Positions 13,700-24,899 of a stretch of DNA of 64,000 nucleotides are shown here, in pieces (the stretch's first letter is position 1; each line of letters starts with the position of its first letter). Made by a program: the position numbers and the translations under genes. A model generated the notes under the pieces. That model searched no databases, was not told the DNA's origin, and worked only from the letters and a program-made list of their open reading frames with translations. The stretch comes from Rhynchobatus australiae. Taxonomy: Eukaryota. The stretch spans positions 11,992,669 to 12,056,668 of the forward strand of contig JAUZTB010000069.1 of the NCBI GenBank assembly GCA_034780895.1, in the 5' to 3' direction.

Positions 13700-14147
13700 A
13701 CAAGTAGGTCTTCAGCCTGTTCCATCATTAAATATGATCTCACCCATCAACGAAATCCATTGCATTATATCTGAATTACTTTGATCAATAATAATCTACG
13801 AATCAGATTTCAAATGAAGAACAGGTCTGGTATCAACTGTATTTTGAGGAATTAAATTCCAAACATCTATTACCCCTTGGTTATGGAGTATTTCCTAACT
13901 TCATTCCTTAATAGCCCTTCTCAAATTTGAGACTTTATCCCCTATTTGGAAACTTACCAACCAGCAGAAATACATTCGCACTAGGTGTCCTGTCAGTTTC
14001 CTTTATTATCCTGAAAACTTTCAAAAAGCCACCACCCACCTTTCCAAATTCAAGGTACTACAACCCTAATTTGTGTAATTTCTCTTTGCATTCTAACATT
14101 TGGTTAATCCATCCTGCTCTGCCTCTAAAACCAATCTTCAATGCTTT
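13700..14147 (-). mobile_element. Decayed CR1 3' fragment
   Basis: Reverse-complement CR1 3'UTR/ORF2-end motifs: ttcagcctgttccatcattaaatatgatc, aattccaaacatct, cctgtcagtttcctttattatc. Confidence 0.55.
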
Positions 14148-14210
14148 NNNNNNNNNNNNNNNNNNNNNNNNNNNNNNNNNNNNNNNNNNNNNNNNNNNNN
14201 NNNNNNNNNN

Positions 14211-14420
14211 AGAAAATTCTGGAAATACTCAACAGCTCAGCCCACCTCAATGATAAGAGAAACAGAATTAAGGTTTCAGGTCAAAGACCCTTTCTCAGAA
14301 TGGGGAAGGAGAGAAAAGATGCTCATTAAGTTGCAAGGAGGTTGGTGGGGAGGTCAGGGGTGGTGGTGGGGTAGAATGTCTCTGTCTCTGATAGGGTAAA
14401 AACAGGACAAAGTGAACAAT
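14211..14420. mobile_element. Penelope-like terminal repeat fragment
   Basis: agaaaattctggaaatactcaacag..agagaaacagaattaaggtttcaggtc is the same terminal motif as at 1030. Further copies at about 19335-19445, 28740-28870 (inverted), 32085-32190, 52955-53040, 54540-54720 and 55240-55340. Confidence 0.7.
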
Positions 14421-14454
14421 TTTCCGATTATTAGGTAATAACTGTAGTGGAACT

Positions 14455-15510
14455 GCTTGGATTGAGGCACTGCTGGTTCTGGAGCACAAGTCTTCAGTTC
14501 CATAGCCATGGATGTTGACTAGTCCATAACCTTTGCTGTTTCCAAAGCCCTCACCTGTTTGTTATCATGCAGAGTGAATCAAACTGCAGAATGGCTTCTG
14601 TGAAATTGGTGAGCTCAGGAGGAAGCTGAAATGATTCATTAATTTGGCACTTCCAGCTGAAGATAATTTTGAATGCTTCAGTCTTGCCTTGAGAAATTGT
14701 TAAAGATGGGGATTTCACGGAGATTGCTCCTCCTGTAGGCTATTTAAATTATCAACGACCATTCACAAATAGATGTGGTAAGACCACGGAACTTTGATAT
14801 GATTTGTTGGTTGTGAGATTGCTTAGTTCTGCCTATTACATGCAGTTTAGAATGCATGAGGACCTTCTCAGCTTCACTGAACTGGCACCTTATCACTTTA
14901 GGTATGCTCGTTGTCGCTCCAACCATGCTTCAATGAACTGTATTGATCCCCTGGCTAGATGATAATGGTAGAGTGAGAGATATATGGAGGTAGATTTCTA
15001 CTGATGCTGATGGTCTATAATGCCTCATGGATGCCCTGTTTTGAGCTGCCAGATCTGTTTTACTCCATTTATTGCATTTGATGCGCTACACACAATGGGC
15101 AATGTCATCACTGTTAAAGTAGAACTTTGTTCCACCAATACATCTACAACAGGCAGATTGAGGATTACCCAGACCAGAAGCTATGTCCCTATGACTTTTA
15201 GAACCTGGGCAGTGGTGGTGAACATTGAAGTCACTCACCCGGAATGCATTCTGTGCCCTTGCTACTTTCAGTGCTTCATCCAAACTTTGTTCAACATGGA
15301 CGAGCAATGATTCATCAGTTGAGGGAGGACATTGTGTGATAACAAAGAAGTTTCCTTCTCCATGTTTGAACTGTGGCATGATTCTGTATTGGGGCTAGAG
15401 CTGATATTGAGGACTCCAATAACTACTTCCTCCTGCCTTTACACCACTGTGCCACCGCCCCTGGATGCTACGTACGGCCAGTGGGACAGGATATAACCAG
15501 GCATTACTTT
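14455..15510 (-). mobile_element. Ancient LINE fragment with AP-endonuclease remnant (L2-like clade, tentative)
   Basis: ORF 15086-15379 (-) contains CPPSTDESLLVHVEQSLDEALKVARAQNAFRVSDFNVHH, a decayed YRPP...GDFN APE motif. A related segment lies at about 19490-19620. Confidence 0.7.
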
Positions 15511-15986
15511 GTGAAAATCTTACCAATTCAAAGATCTGTTTTTAAGCAGGAAACAAAGGTGGCCAAAGGGAGTACAGCATTTCATTTAGGCTGCATGGAT
15601 GTTAGCAAGATATTCTCGTGACTGAATGGCTGTTTCCTGTGGGGTTAGAGCTCAGTACCAGCATATTTGCATCTTTTGGTATTAACAATGATTTAGACTA
15701 TAATACAGATATGATTAATACATCTACAGCAGAAACAAAAGTTGGCATTCCGATGGATCGTGAGGAAAATAGCTTTAACTATAAAAGATCGAAGGATGGT
15801 CTGGTGGGTAAAATTGACAAATAAAATTTAATGAGACCTGAGAAATGGTATATTTACAGAGGTTAACATTTAAGGTCCCAGTATAACATAAATGAACAAA
15901 CTTGTTAATAGTTACAATTTAGAGAGGGGCACTAATCAGTAATCAGAAATTGTGTAAATTAGATATGAAATGTGGACCAAACTTAC

Positions 15987-16049
15987 TGCTTCAAGTTGTT
16001 TCCAACAGCTTTCTATGTGCTGCTGTGCCCTTCGTCCTTCTTGGAAATG
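15987..16049 (-). CDS. FNBP1: FNBP1 coding exon 5 equivalent
   Basis: ttttcttccag|HFQEGRRAQQHIESCWKQLEA|gtaagt. 63 bp, phase 0 to 0. Confidence 0.93.
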
Positions 16050-17859
16050 CTGGAAGAAAAACACACATATACGTTTCTGCAAATGATACTGTTTTTATTC
16101 CTAACAGTGGCACAAGATCGATGGGCAAATACTCTCTTTCAGCTTCTTCTATGATACTAAATCACAATTCTTTTAAGGAATCATTAAACATGAAAAGCTA
16201 TTTCAAAAAAAGTTTAATGATGCTGACAGTTTTACAGATCTAATAATTGTTATTTTCACAGTTTAAACTAATCGATCACATTGTTCATGTTTGTTACATT
16301 TTGATGATAATTAAAGCCTGNNNNNNNNNNNNNNNNNNNNNNNNNNNNNNNNNNNNNNNNNNNNNNNNNNNNNNNNNNNNNNNNNNNNNNNNNNNNNNNN
16401 NNNNNNNNNNNNNNNNNNNNNNNNNNNNNNNNNNNNNNNNNNNNNNNNNNNNNNNNNNNNNNNNNNNNNNNNNNNNNNNNNNNNNNNNNNNNNNNNNNNN
16501 NNNNNNNNNNNNNNNNNNNNNNNNNNNNNNNNNNNNNNNNNNNNNNNNNNNNNNNNNNNNNNNNNNNNNNNNNNNNNNNNNNNNNNNNNNNNNNNNNNNN
16601 NNNNNNNNNNNNNNNNNNNNNNNNNNNNNNNNNNNNNNNNNNNNNNNNNNNNNNNNNNNNNNNNNNNNNNNNNNNNNNNNNNNNNNNNNNNNNNNNNNNN
16701 NNNNNNNNNNNNNNNNNNNNNNNNNNNNNNNNNNNNNNNNNNNNNNNNNNNNNNNNNNNNNNNNNNNNNNNNNNNNNNNNNNNNNNNNNNNNNNNNNNNN
16801 NNNGATTAAAATATTTTAATCTGCAGATATAAAATTTCTTGCAAAGTCTTTTTATTTTTACACATACATGCATAGATGTTTTTAAAAAATTAATAGTTTT
16901 TATTTTCAAAGAAGTTTGTGTAAGATTCAAGGTTTGAAAGTGATACTTTCACAAAGAAGGAAACTTAATAATTATCTACTGCTAGCTTCATGCAAATCTT
17001 CATTGTAAATTTTGGAGAACCAGCCCAGGATAATGGTCTCTTCCCCACTTCCCCACTCCCACTGCAGGCACAGAACTGTGGGTTTGCTGGAGTGCAACAC
17101 CCACCCCCAAATTTACTCTCCTGATCCCAAGGGAACAGAAACAAATGAAAACAAAAACAAATCTCTGCTGAAATTAGCTCAGAACAGACTTGAATCAAAG
17201 CTGGAACTTTTTCAGGGAATCTCTGTTAGTTTACTTTATTTCAAATAAGGTCAGAATAGCTATATGCATGAAAGTATCCCATATTTTACATCTTGGAATT
17301 AAAAATAGGTACAACCAAGCAAGGAATTTTCAGTAAGGTCTGCAATCATTTAACTGCTTTAGTTTACTGAAAGAAATGCGGAGCCGCATCTCAATCACCC
17401 AACTACTTATCATGAGATGGAAAATTCTGCATCGTCAGTTCCTCCACTTGTATAGTGTGTGACAAGCTGCAGTAACAGTGGTGGGCTCTGCAGGAAATCA
17501 TTAATGGTTGCTTTGTGCTGACAAAAAGCAAAGTAAACTGAGGACAACTAACTACTAAAAGATTTTGCTTCCCCAAGAAGCCTCACAATGACCTTGACCT
17601 GAAGTATTTATTTTAAAATTAGAGCTCTATTGACATTTTTCACCCATTGTTTAACTCGATGTTAAGACAATCAACACTGGGGTTGACAGATCCTTTTGCC
17701 ATTAAAGCTACTTTTATAACCTGAGAAAGAACCATTATAGAAGCTTCTGTGTGGCAATCTGTGAAAAAGGCTTCAATGGATGTGATAAGTGTAAGCAAAC
17801 AGGCATCAAGAAACCTGAGAAAATTCAACTGGCTTCCTTCAATGCAGTTATAATTATAG

Positions 17860-19260
17860 GCTATTGTTTAATGACTAATGCTCCACCTTCAATACTATAA
17901 TTCCAAGCAAACTCATCACCAAGCTCGAGACCTGGGACTCAACATCTCCCTCTGGCAACTGGATCCTTGACTTTCTGACCAACAGACTGGAATCACTGAG
18001 GATAAGCAGCAACATCTCCAGCATGATTATTCTCAACACTGGTGCCCTACAAGGCCACGTCTTCAGCCATCTACTCTATTCCCCATATACTCATGACTGG
18101 GTGGCCAGATTCTGCTCTAACTCCACCTACAAGTTTGCAGATGATACCACCGCAGTGGGCCATATCTCAAATAACGATGTATCAGTGTACAGGAAGGAGA
18201 TAGAGAGCTTATTGACATGGTGTCATGACAACATCCTTTCCCTCAATGTCAGCAAAATAAAAGCGCTGGTCATTGACTTCAGAAAGGGGAGAGGTGGGCA
18301 TAAACCTGTCTGTCTACCTCAACAGTGCTGAGGTTGAGAGGGTTAAGAGCTTCAAGTTCCTAGGAGTGAACATCACCAATAGCCTGTCCTGGTCCAACCA
18401 TGTAGATGCCATGGCCAAGAAAACTCATCAGTGCCTTTACTTCCTCAGGAGACTAAAAAAATTTGGCATGTCCCCCTTGACATTCACCAACTTTTATTAA
18501 TGCACCATAGAAAGCTTCCTATCTGGATGCATCACAATTTAGTACGGCAGCTGCTATGCCCAGGACCGCAAGAAACTGCAGAGAGTTGTGGACACAGCTC
18601 AGCACATCATGGAAACCAGCCTCCCCTCCATGAACTCGGTCTACACTTCTTGCTGCCTTGATAAGCAGCCAGCATAATCAAAGACCCAACCCACCCTGGA
18701 CACACGGCACGGTAGCGTAGCGGNNNNNNNNNNNNNNNNNNNNNNNNNNNNNNNNNNNNNNNNNNNNNNNNNNNNNNNNNNNNNNNNNNNNNNNNNNNNN
18801 NNNNNNNNNNNNNNNNNNNNNNNCGGTTTCCTCCCACATTCCAAAGACGTACGGGTAGGTTAATATGGGGTTTAAAATGGGCGGCGTGGACTCATTGGGC
18901 CGGAAGGGCCTGTTACCACGCTGTAAATAAAAATTAAATTAAATTAAAATTAAATTCTCTCTTCTCCCTCTCCCATCAGACAAGATAGAAAAGCCTGAAA
19001 GCACATACCACCAAGCTCAAGGACAGCTTCTAGTCCACTGTTATAAAATGGTTCCCCAGATGGACTCTTGACCTCAAAATCTACCTCATTATGACCTTGC
19101 ACCTTACTGTCTACCTGCACTGCACTTTCTCTGTAGCAGTGACACTTTACTCTGCATTCTATATTGTTTTACCCTCAATGCGCTGTATAATGAATTGATC
19201 TGTATGAATGGTATGCAATGGCATACCTTGGTACAACTGACAATAATAAACCAATAAATA
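17860..19260 (+). mobile_element. Rex1/Babar-clade LINE, 5'-truncated (RT, C-terminal domain, 3' UTR), interrupted by a SINE
   Basis: FNTIIPSKLITKL, WILDFLTNR, LNTGALQGHVFSHLLYSPYTHDWVA..YKFADDTTAVG and KKTHQCLYFLRRLKKFG. Frameshifts and stops present. 3' tail gacaataataaaccaata. Confidence 0.9.
18703..18954 (+). mobile_element. HE1-like tRNA-derived SINE inserted in the Rex1 LINE (partly in N gap)
   Basis: Head ggcacggtagcgtagcgg (A-box-like), body ggtttcctcccacattccaaagacgtacgggtagg, CR1/HER1-like tail gggccggaagggcctgttaccacgctgta followed by (AAATT)n. Rex1 sequence is continuous across it (ccctggaca|ttctctcttctcc). Confidence 0.85.
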
Positions 19261-20602
19261 ATATCTCCGGAAACACATTACCAAAGTAAATTTGCTGGGA
19301 TTTTCAATAGCTACAAATTGGAAAGGGCTGAATTAAATGCTGGGAATACTCAACAGGTCAGGTAGCTTCTGTGGCGAGAGAAATAGATGTTAAACACGAT
19401 GATGCTGGAGGAACTCAACAGGATAGGCAGCATCTGTGGAGAAAATCCCTATTCCTTTTCAATATCCCATGTATTCAGTTATTTTATATCAGGTGGAGTG
19501 AATCAAATTGGCTGAAGACCAACTTTTGTTCTGGTGGGGGTATCATTTAGACAATTAACCACTTTGACCTATTTAGCTGAAGAGAGTTGCAAATCTTATA
19601 CCTGTTCTGAAGATTTTCTCCTTGTTGCTAGGTTTGGGAAAATAAACCAAAGTTTCCACAATAGATTACGAGCCTTCAACAGTATTGTTTTCCTTATGTT
19701 AAGAGCAAGAGCTCCACTGCCAATCACAGTACACCCAGGACTGAATTAGAATACTCACCTGGGCAACCTGTGAATCTTCGACCCAAAAAGGGTAAGAGAA
19801 CTGGATTTGAATTTTAAAAAATCCTTTTTAAAACTGTTAAAGTTTTATTGCGTATCAGAGTTGGCAAATAAAAAGTTCCAAAAAATGATATACTTTAAGT
19901 GGCTACCCATTATTCATTATAACATGATGATATGCTCATGAAATTATTCACCATTCATGAAATCATTCACCAAGCTTGCATTATGCCTCTTTGTGATTAT
20001 TAAAAGGTATACAGCAAGAGTCAAACCTGGACTTTCCAGTTTAAATGACTCACTTACATGTTGTCCTTATTGGCGAGCTAAACTACTGGGACAGCTATGA
20101 ATCATATGTTTTTAGCCAATCTTTTAGTTTTTCATTCACATAGCTTAGCTTCTGATGGCTTTTCTCATTTGTGAGGAAAACTGGGACCATTTCCAGATTA
20201 AAAGTGCTTTATAGATTAAAAACTGCTGATGGCCTTGTTGCAAACTCCCTTTCTAAGTAGATCAACTTACTCTGCATGAAGATACTTTAGAATTAAAATA
20301 GTACTCATTGTAAAAGAGAGAGGATGGAAGTTATGAGCATGAGTTACCCTGGATGACAGAATACTGAATAAACTGAAGTTTATGGTGGTTTAGAAGTCAG
20401 TAGGGAAGACACTGGAATAATGAATCCCAACTGAAGCTACCATCTTATTCCAAAATCGCTTTCACAAATAGACAATCGTACAATTTAGCCATTGAAAATT
20501 ATCTCTTTTTTAGATTTAATTTTAATTTGAAATCTGTTTTTCAACTATTTAACTGGCTCCAAAACACTCTTGGGATATCATAAATGCAAAAGGCATTATA
20601 TA

Positions 20603-20689
20603 TTGAGATGCTAGTTCAAGAGTGAAGTGGATGAAGTAAATAGACTTTTTATTTACTTCATCCGCTTCACTCTGAAAATAGCATCTCAA
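20603..20689. repeat. Imperfect inverted repeat (hairpin)
   Basis: gagtgaagtggatgaagtaaata / tatttacttcatccgcttcactc pair 22/23 around a 7-nt loop, extended by ttgagatgcta / tagcatctcaa (11/11). Confidence 0.9.
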
Positions 20690-22049
20690 ATGGCTGAAAA
20701 TTTTCCACATGGCACTTAACATCAAACATTCAAAACACAACTTCAGTTGGTGTCAAAAGCTTAGCAGTATTTATAGTGCACTGAACTGTTATTATCAAAA
20801 TAATGTTGTCTAAACATTAAGGACATTTGAATGCAATGTCATGCATGCATACAGAGCTCTTGCAAGTACTTAGCATAACAAAATGCTGTAATTGCAGTGC
20901 AAAAGATACTGCCATCCTGTAAGTAATGAAGCTGTTGTGAATGGAACTTTACCTTTCAATTACTTTTATTACAAATGCACCACACTAAACAAAGTATATA
21001 TTCGATATATTTTTAATTCTATGTCACATTTTGTTTTTAGGAATTTACACACAAAATTAGCCTTTAAGTAAAACAATTAATGGCTAGAAAAAATGGTTTA
21101 GTAGTTTGATAAAAAGACAGTCTTGGTGTCATTTTAAAAATTCATATCACATGACTATCTGCAATGCAGATTGTACTCCAATGCCATTTTAGCTCATATT
21201 AACAACCTTGTCTCGAATACATGACCTGAACTCTGAAATCAAGAATCTGACATCCTTCAGTAATGGGGGAAAACTTGTAGTGCAGAAACCTCTTTTTAAA
21301 TTTTAAATACTGCCACAGAATGATAAATATTTATATTCTGTTTAGCTAAACTGCCAATTAAATGCTAATATCTTGGCAGATAATTTGCATGGCTCAAATT
21401 ATCACTCAAAAATGCTACGACTAGCAATGAATCATAACATGTATACCCCTTAAATCAGTAACGATTTATACCTGTTCACTTTAATAACAATTGCTGCGTA
21501 TGCCTACCATAGTGTGCNNNNNNNNNNNNNNNNNNNNNNNNNNNNNNNNNNNNNNNNNNNNNNNNNNNNNNNNNNNNNNNNNNNNNNNNNNNNNNNNNNN
21601 NNNNNNNNNNNNNNNNNNNNNNNNNNNNNNNNNNNNNNNNNNNNNNNNNNNNNNNNNNNNNNNNNNNNNNNNNNNNNNNNNNNNNNNNNNNNNNNNNNNN
21701 NNNNNNNNNNNNNNNNNNNNNNNNNNNNNNNNNNNNNNNNNNNNNNNNNNNNNNNNNNNNNNNNNNNNNNNNNNNNNNNNNNNNNNNNNNNNNNNNNNNN
21801 NNNNNNNNNNNNNNNNNNNNNNNNNNNNNNNNNNNNNNNNNNNNNNNNNNNNNNNNNNNNNNNNNNNNNNNNNNNNNNNNNNNNNNNNNNNNNNNNNNNN
21901 NNNNNNNNNNNNNNNNNNNNNNNNNNNNNNNNNNNNNNNNNNNNNNNNNNNNNNNNNNNNNNNNNNNNNNNNNNNNNNNNNNNNNNNNNNNNNNNNNNNN
22001 NNNNNNNNNNNNNNTATTTAGCTACAAGTACACTACAATTAAAAAAAAT

Positions 22050-22570
22050 AATAAATGCAGAGATGTCCCAAGATGCTGCACAGGAATGTTAATAAAATAA
22101 AAAGAGATGCTGAATCACATAATAACGGCAGGAGACAAAAAGCTTCAAATTATAAAATTTTCAGCAACATTGTTAAAAAAAGAGCAAAGAGCTTTAGAGG
22201 AAGAGCGCTTTGGGAAGGGAATTCCAGAGCTGAGAGATTGGCATCTGAAGACCCAGATGTCACTGATGGAATAACTAAATTAGGGATGCTCATAAGAATT
22301 AGAGGAGTGCAAATATCCTGAAGAATCACATGGCAGGAGGAGATTACAGAAATGGGGAGGGGCAACATTACTTAGAGATTTGAAAAGAAGGAAGAAAACT
22401 TAGATCATCTCAAATTTAAGGAGAGTAGAATGAAAGAGGCCATCAGAAGTCTATTGCAATGGTAATGTCTGGAGGTTATAAAGGCTTCAGCAACAGACAT
22501 GCCAGAGCAAGTTGTTGGGTGACACTAAGGAGGTGAGAATAGATGGTCTGAAATGATGACTCAGATATCA
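22050..22570 (-). mobile_element. Decayed L2-type LINE 3' region
   Basis: gatgtcccaagatgctgcacagg..tttgggaagggaattccagagc..gatttgaaaagaaggaagaaaact resembles reverse-complemented L2 3' sequence. A similar tail lies at 47770-47841, and the element probably continues at about 23340-23847. Confidence 0.5.
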
Positions 22571-22924
22571 AATCTGAAACCCAAATGTGAATCACTGCAC
22601 TACAAGGTAATGCAAATTACACAAAATGCAGTCTGATTACACCATTTTATGACAAATTGTGATCATGACTGGCATTGTTCTTCAGCTTTGTCACAATTTA
22701 GAGTAAATAAATGACGGTCTACAACAATGATTCGACACACAGACATGTTAAAGAGTAAAATTCTCAGAACAAAAGATATTGGGATTAGTGGGGTGCAGGG
22801 CAGGAAGTAGCCACCATTCTTGTCTGTACAAGCACTGAATAGAACAAGCAATGAAAAAAACCATATTTGTCAGAGTACCACCCTGGACAGCTTCCAATGT
22901 TACACTTGTGTTAGAGATGAGGGT

Positions 22925-23105
22925 AGAAAGTAGGTAGGCTAATTGGCCACTGTAAATTGCCAGGGGTGTAGGTGAGTGGTAGAATTTGGGAAGAGTCAAC
23001 AGTGGGAGAATAAAATGGGATTAATGTAGGATTAGTGTAAATGGGTACTTGATGGTCAGCACGAAACTCAATATGGCCACGGCCTGTTTCTGTGCTCTAT
23101 GACGT
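22925..23105 (+). mobile_element. HE1/V-SINE-like 3' half
   Basis: ggtaggctaattggccactgtaaattgcc..gtgtaggtgagtggtagaa..gatggtcagcacg..ggcctgtttctgtgctctatgac. Confidence 0.75.
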
Positions 23106-23581
23106 AATGAGAAATGGCAATGAACAGGAAATTATGTTATAATATGGTGGTAAACTGAATCCTGGACATCTTTTTGCTCTCCAGTATAAGTTGCAAGTGA
23201 CTCAGGCAGAGAGAGAAAAGGACCAACACTACAATATTGTTCAACTGAATGCAGTAATCAAGGATAATGCAATTGTGCATCAGTTCTGCTCCTTTTGGAT
23301 CCTCTGGAGCTGAGGGAAACATTTTTTTTAAAGTGGAAGGAGACACCAAGGAGTATTAAAGCAACAGCAAAAATAATGGGTTTGCTCCAAGATGGAGACA
23401 ATATATTGCTGGGAAAATCAATAGGTGTAGAAATATTACAATGAAAGGAGTGTCCAAGGATGAACATTTTGGTTTCATAGTCTGGTTATAAATGTCTTCT
23501 TGGAGGCTTTTCCAGGGAAGAAGCAAAGTGAGCTCAGAGGTAAGATTGGTGTTGGTAATGAGGAGGTGGTGGTAAAATACA

Positions 23582-23692
23582 CCAATTATTGACCTATGTC
23601 CAGCCACTTCCTTGTACTTCTTACCATCCATGTTTCCTACCTCTGGATGATAAGAAATACAAGGAAGTGGCTGGACATGGGTCAACAACTGG
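23582..23692. repeat. Long inverted repeat (49-bp arms, 13-nt spacer)
   Basis: 23582-23630 matches the reverse complement of 23644-23692 at 44/49 positions with no indels. Confidence 0.93.
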
Positions 23693-24899
23693 GATATTTC
23701 AAGATGTTAAGGTTGGGGCAGTTGTGATTGCAAGTGTGATGGAGAGATTTATGGAGAAAAGTAAGGAAGGGTTTTCATGAGATAAGGCAAAGAAACTGGA
23801 GGTGAAGACTGATAACATTAAGGAAGAGAAGTCACTCATTGCAGGGGNNNNNNNNNNNNNNNNNNNNNNNNNNNNNNNNNNNNNNNNNNNNNNNNNNNNN
23901 NNNNNNNNNNNNNNNNNNNNNNNNNNNNNNNNNNNNNNNNNNNNNNNNNNNNNNNNNNNNNNNNNNNNNNNNNNNNNNNNNNNNNNNNNNNNNNNNNNNN
24001 NNNNNNNNNNNNNNNNNNNNNNNNNNNNNNNNNNNNNNNNNNNNNNNNAACTTGAGCAAAACATACTAATTCAAAATCTAAATTTCTTGGGGGAAAAAAA
24101 TTCAATCTAAAGTTCACTAAGATGTCATATTACAAATATGTAATTCTGAGTTAAGATTCAACACGGATGATTAAGCCAAAAGACCTGTTTTTGTGCTGTA
24201 TAACTCAATGACTCTTCTTTATATAAAATTCTGAAGTACTTCAGCGCGAAGGAGTATTTAAGAGCCAGTGAAAAGGCACAGCAAAGCTGTAAATGCAATT
24301 TAAAAATATCAGCTACACGTAGAAGCACACAAAGATATAATTTATCAAAAACAGAGAGACTGAAGTTATGCAGGAGCTGCCAGATTTTTTTTGTATTTCC
24401 ACTAGCGATAGCTGGAAAATCACTTTTAATTCACTGATGAATAAAATTTTCCAGTCCTGCCTGAAAAACAATAAAAATACTCTGCACCAGGATCATTTAC
24501 AAACTGGACCGTTTTTAAGTATTGCATATAACAGCAATAAAATGTAAATGCAACAAACTACTCCAACTGCTCATTCGGTATTTTTTAAAAAGGTGATGAG
24601 GTTTTCTGCATCCATCACCCTTCCTGGCTGCAAGGTCTAATCCCCTTTATCCTTGGATATTTTTTTTACCCCTCAACTTCTCACTAATCTTTCTATCAGC
24701 TTAAATCTCTGTTCCCCAATTATGAACCCAACTGCCAAAGTAAATAAATCTTTCCTGTTCATTTTATTTTGTACTTACAGTTATTTCTTTTACACACCTC
24801 AATTAAATCTCTCCATGACCTTCTATTTTTTCAAGAAATCAACTCTAGCTTAACTGCTCTTTCCTCATTGAATACACTTATACACAAACTCAGAAAGGG

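Noticed and set aside
18023-18661. Reverse-transcriptase-like ORFs as a domesticated gene or novel RT system
   Set aside because: Frameshifts, stops and a SINE insertion mark an ordinary dead Rex1 copy. The same applies to the CR1 ORFs at 7110-7524, 59257-60103 and 62159-62449.
22015-22060. Acceptor-like ttattattttttttaattgtag beside a gap as the start of the missing exon 4
   Set aside because: The following bases do not translate to anything like YTSC, and the T-rich tract is explained by an adjacent retroelement tail.
23589-23780. Similar peptides on opposite strands (MTYVQPLPCTSYHP / LTHVQPLPCISYHP)
   Set aside because: A trivial consequence of the DNA inverted repeat at 23582-23692, not protein-coding evidence.
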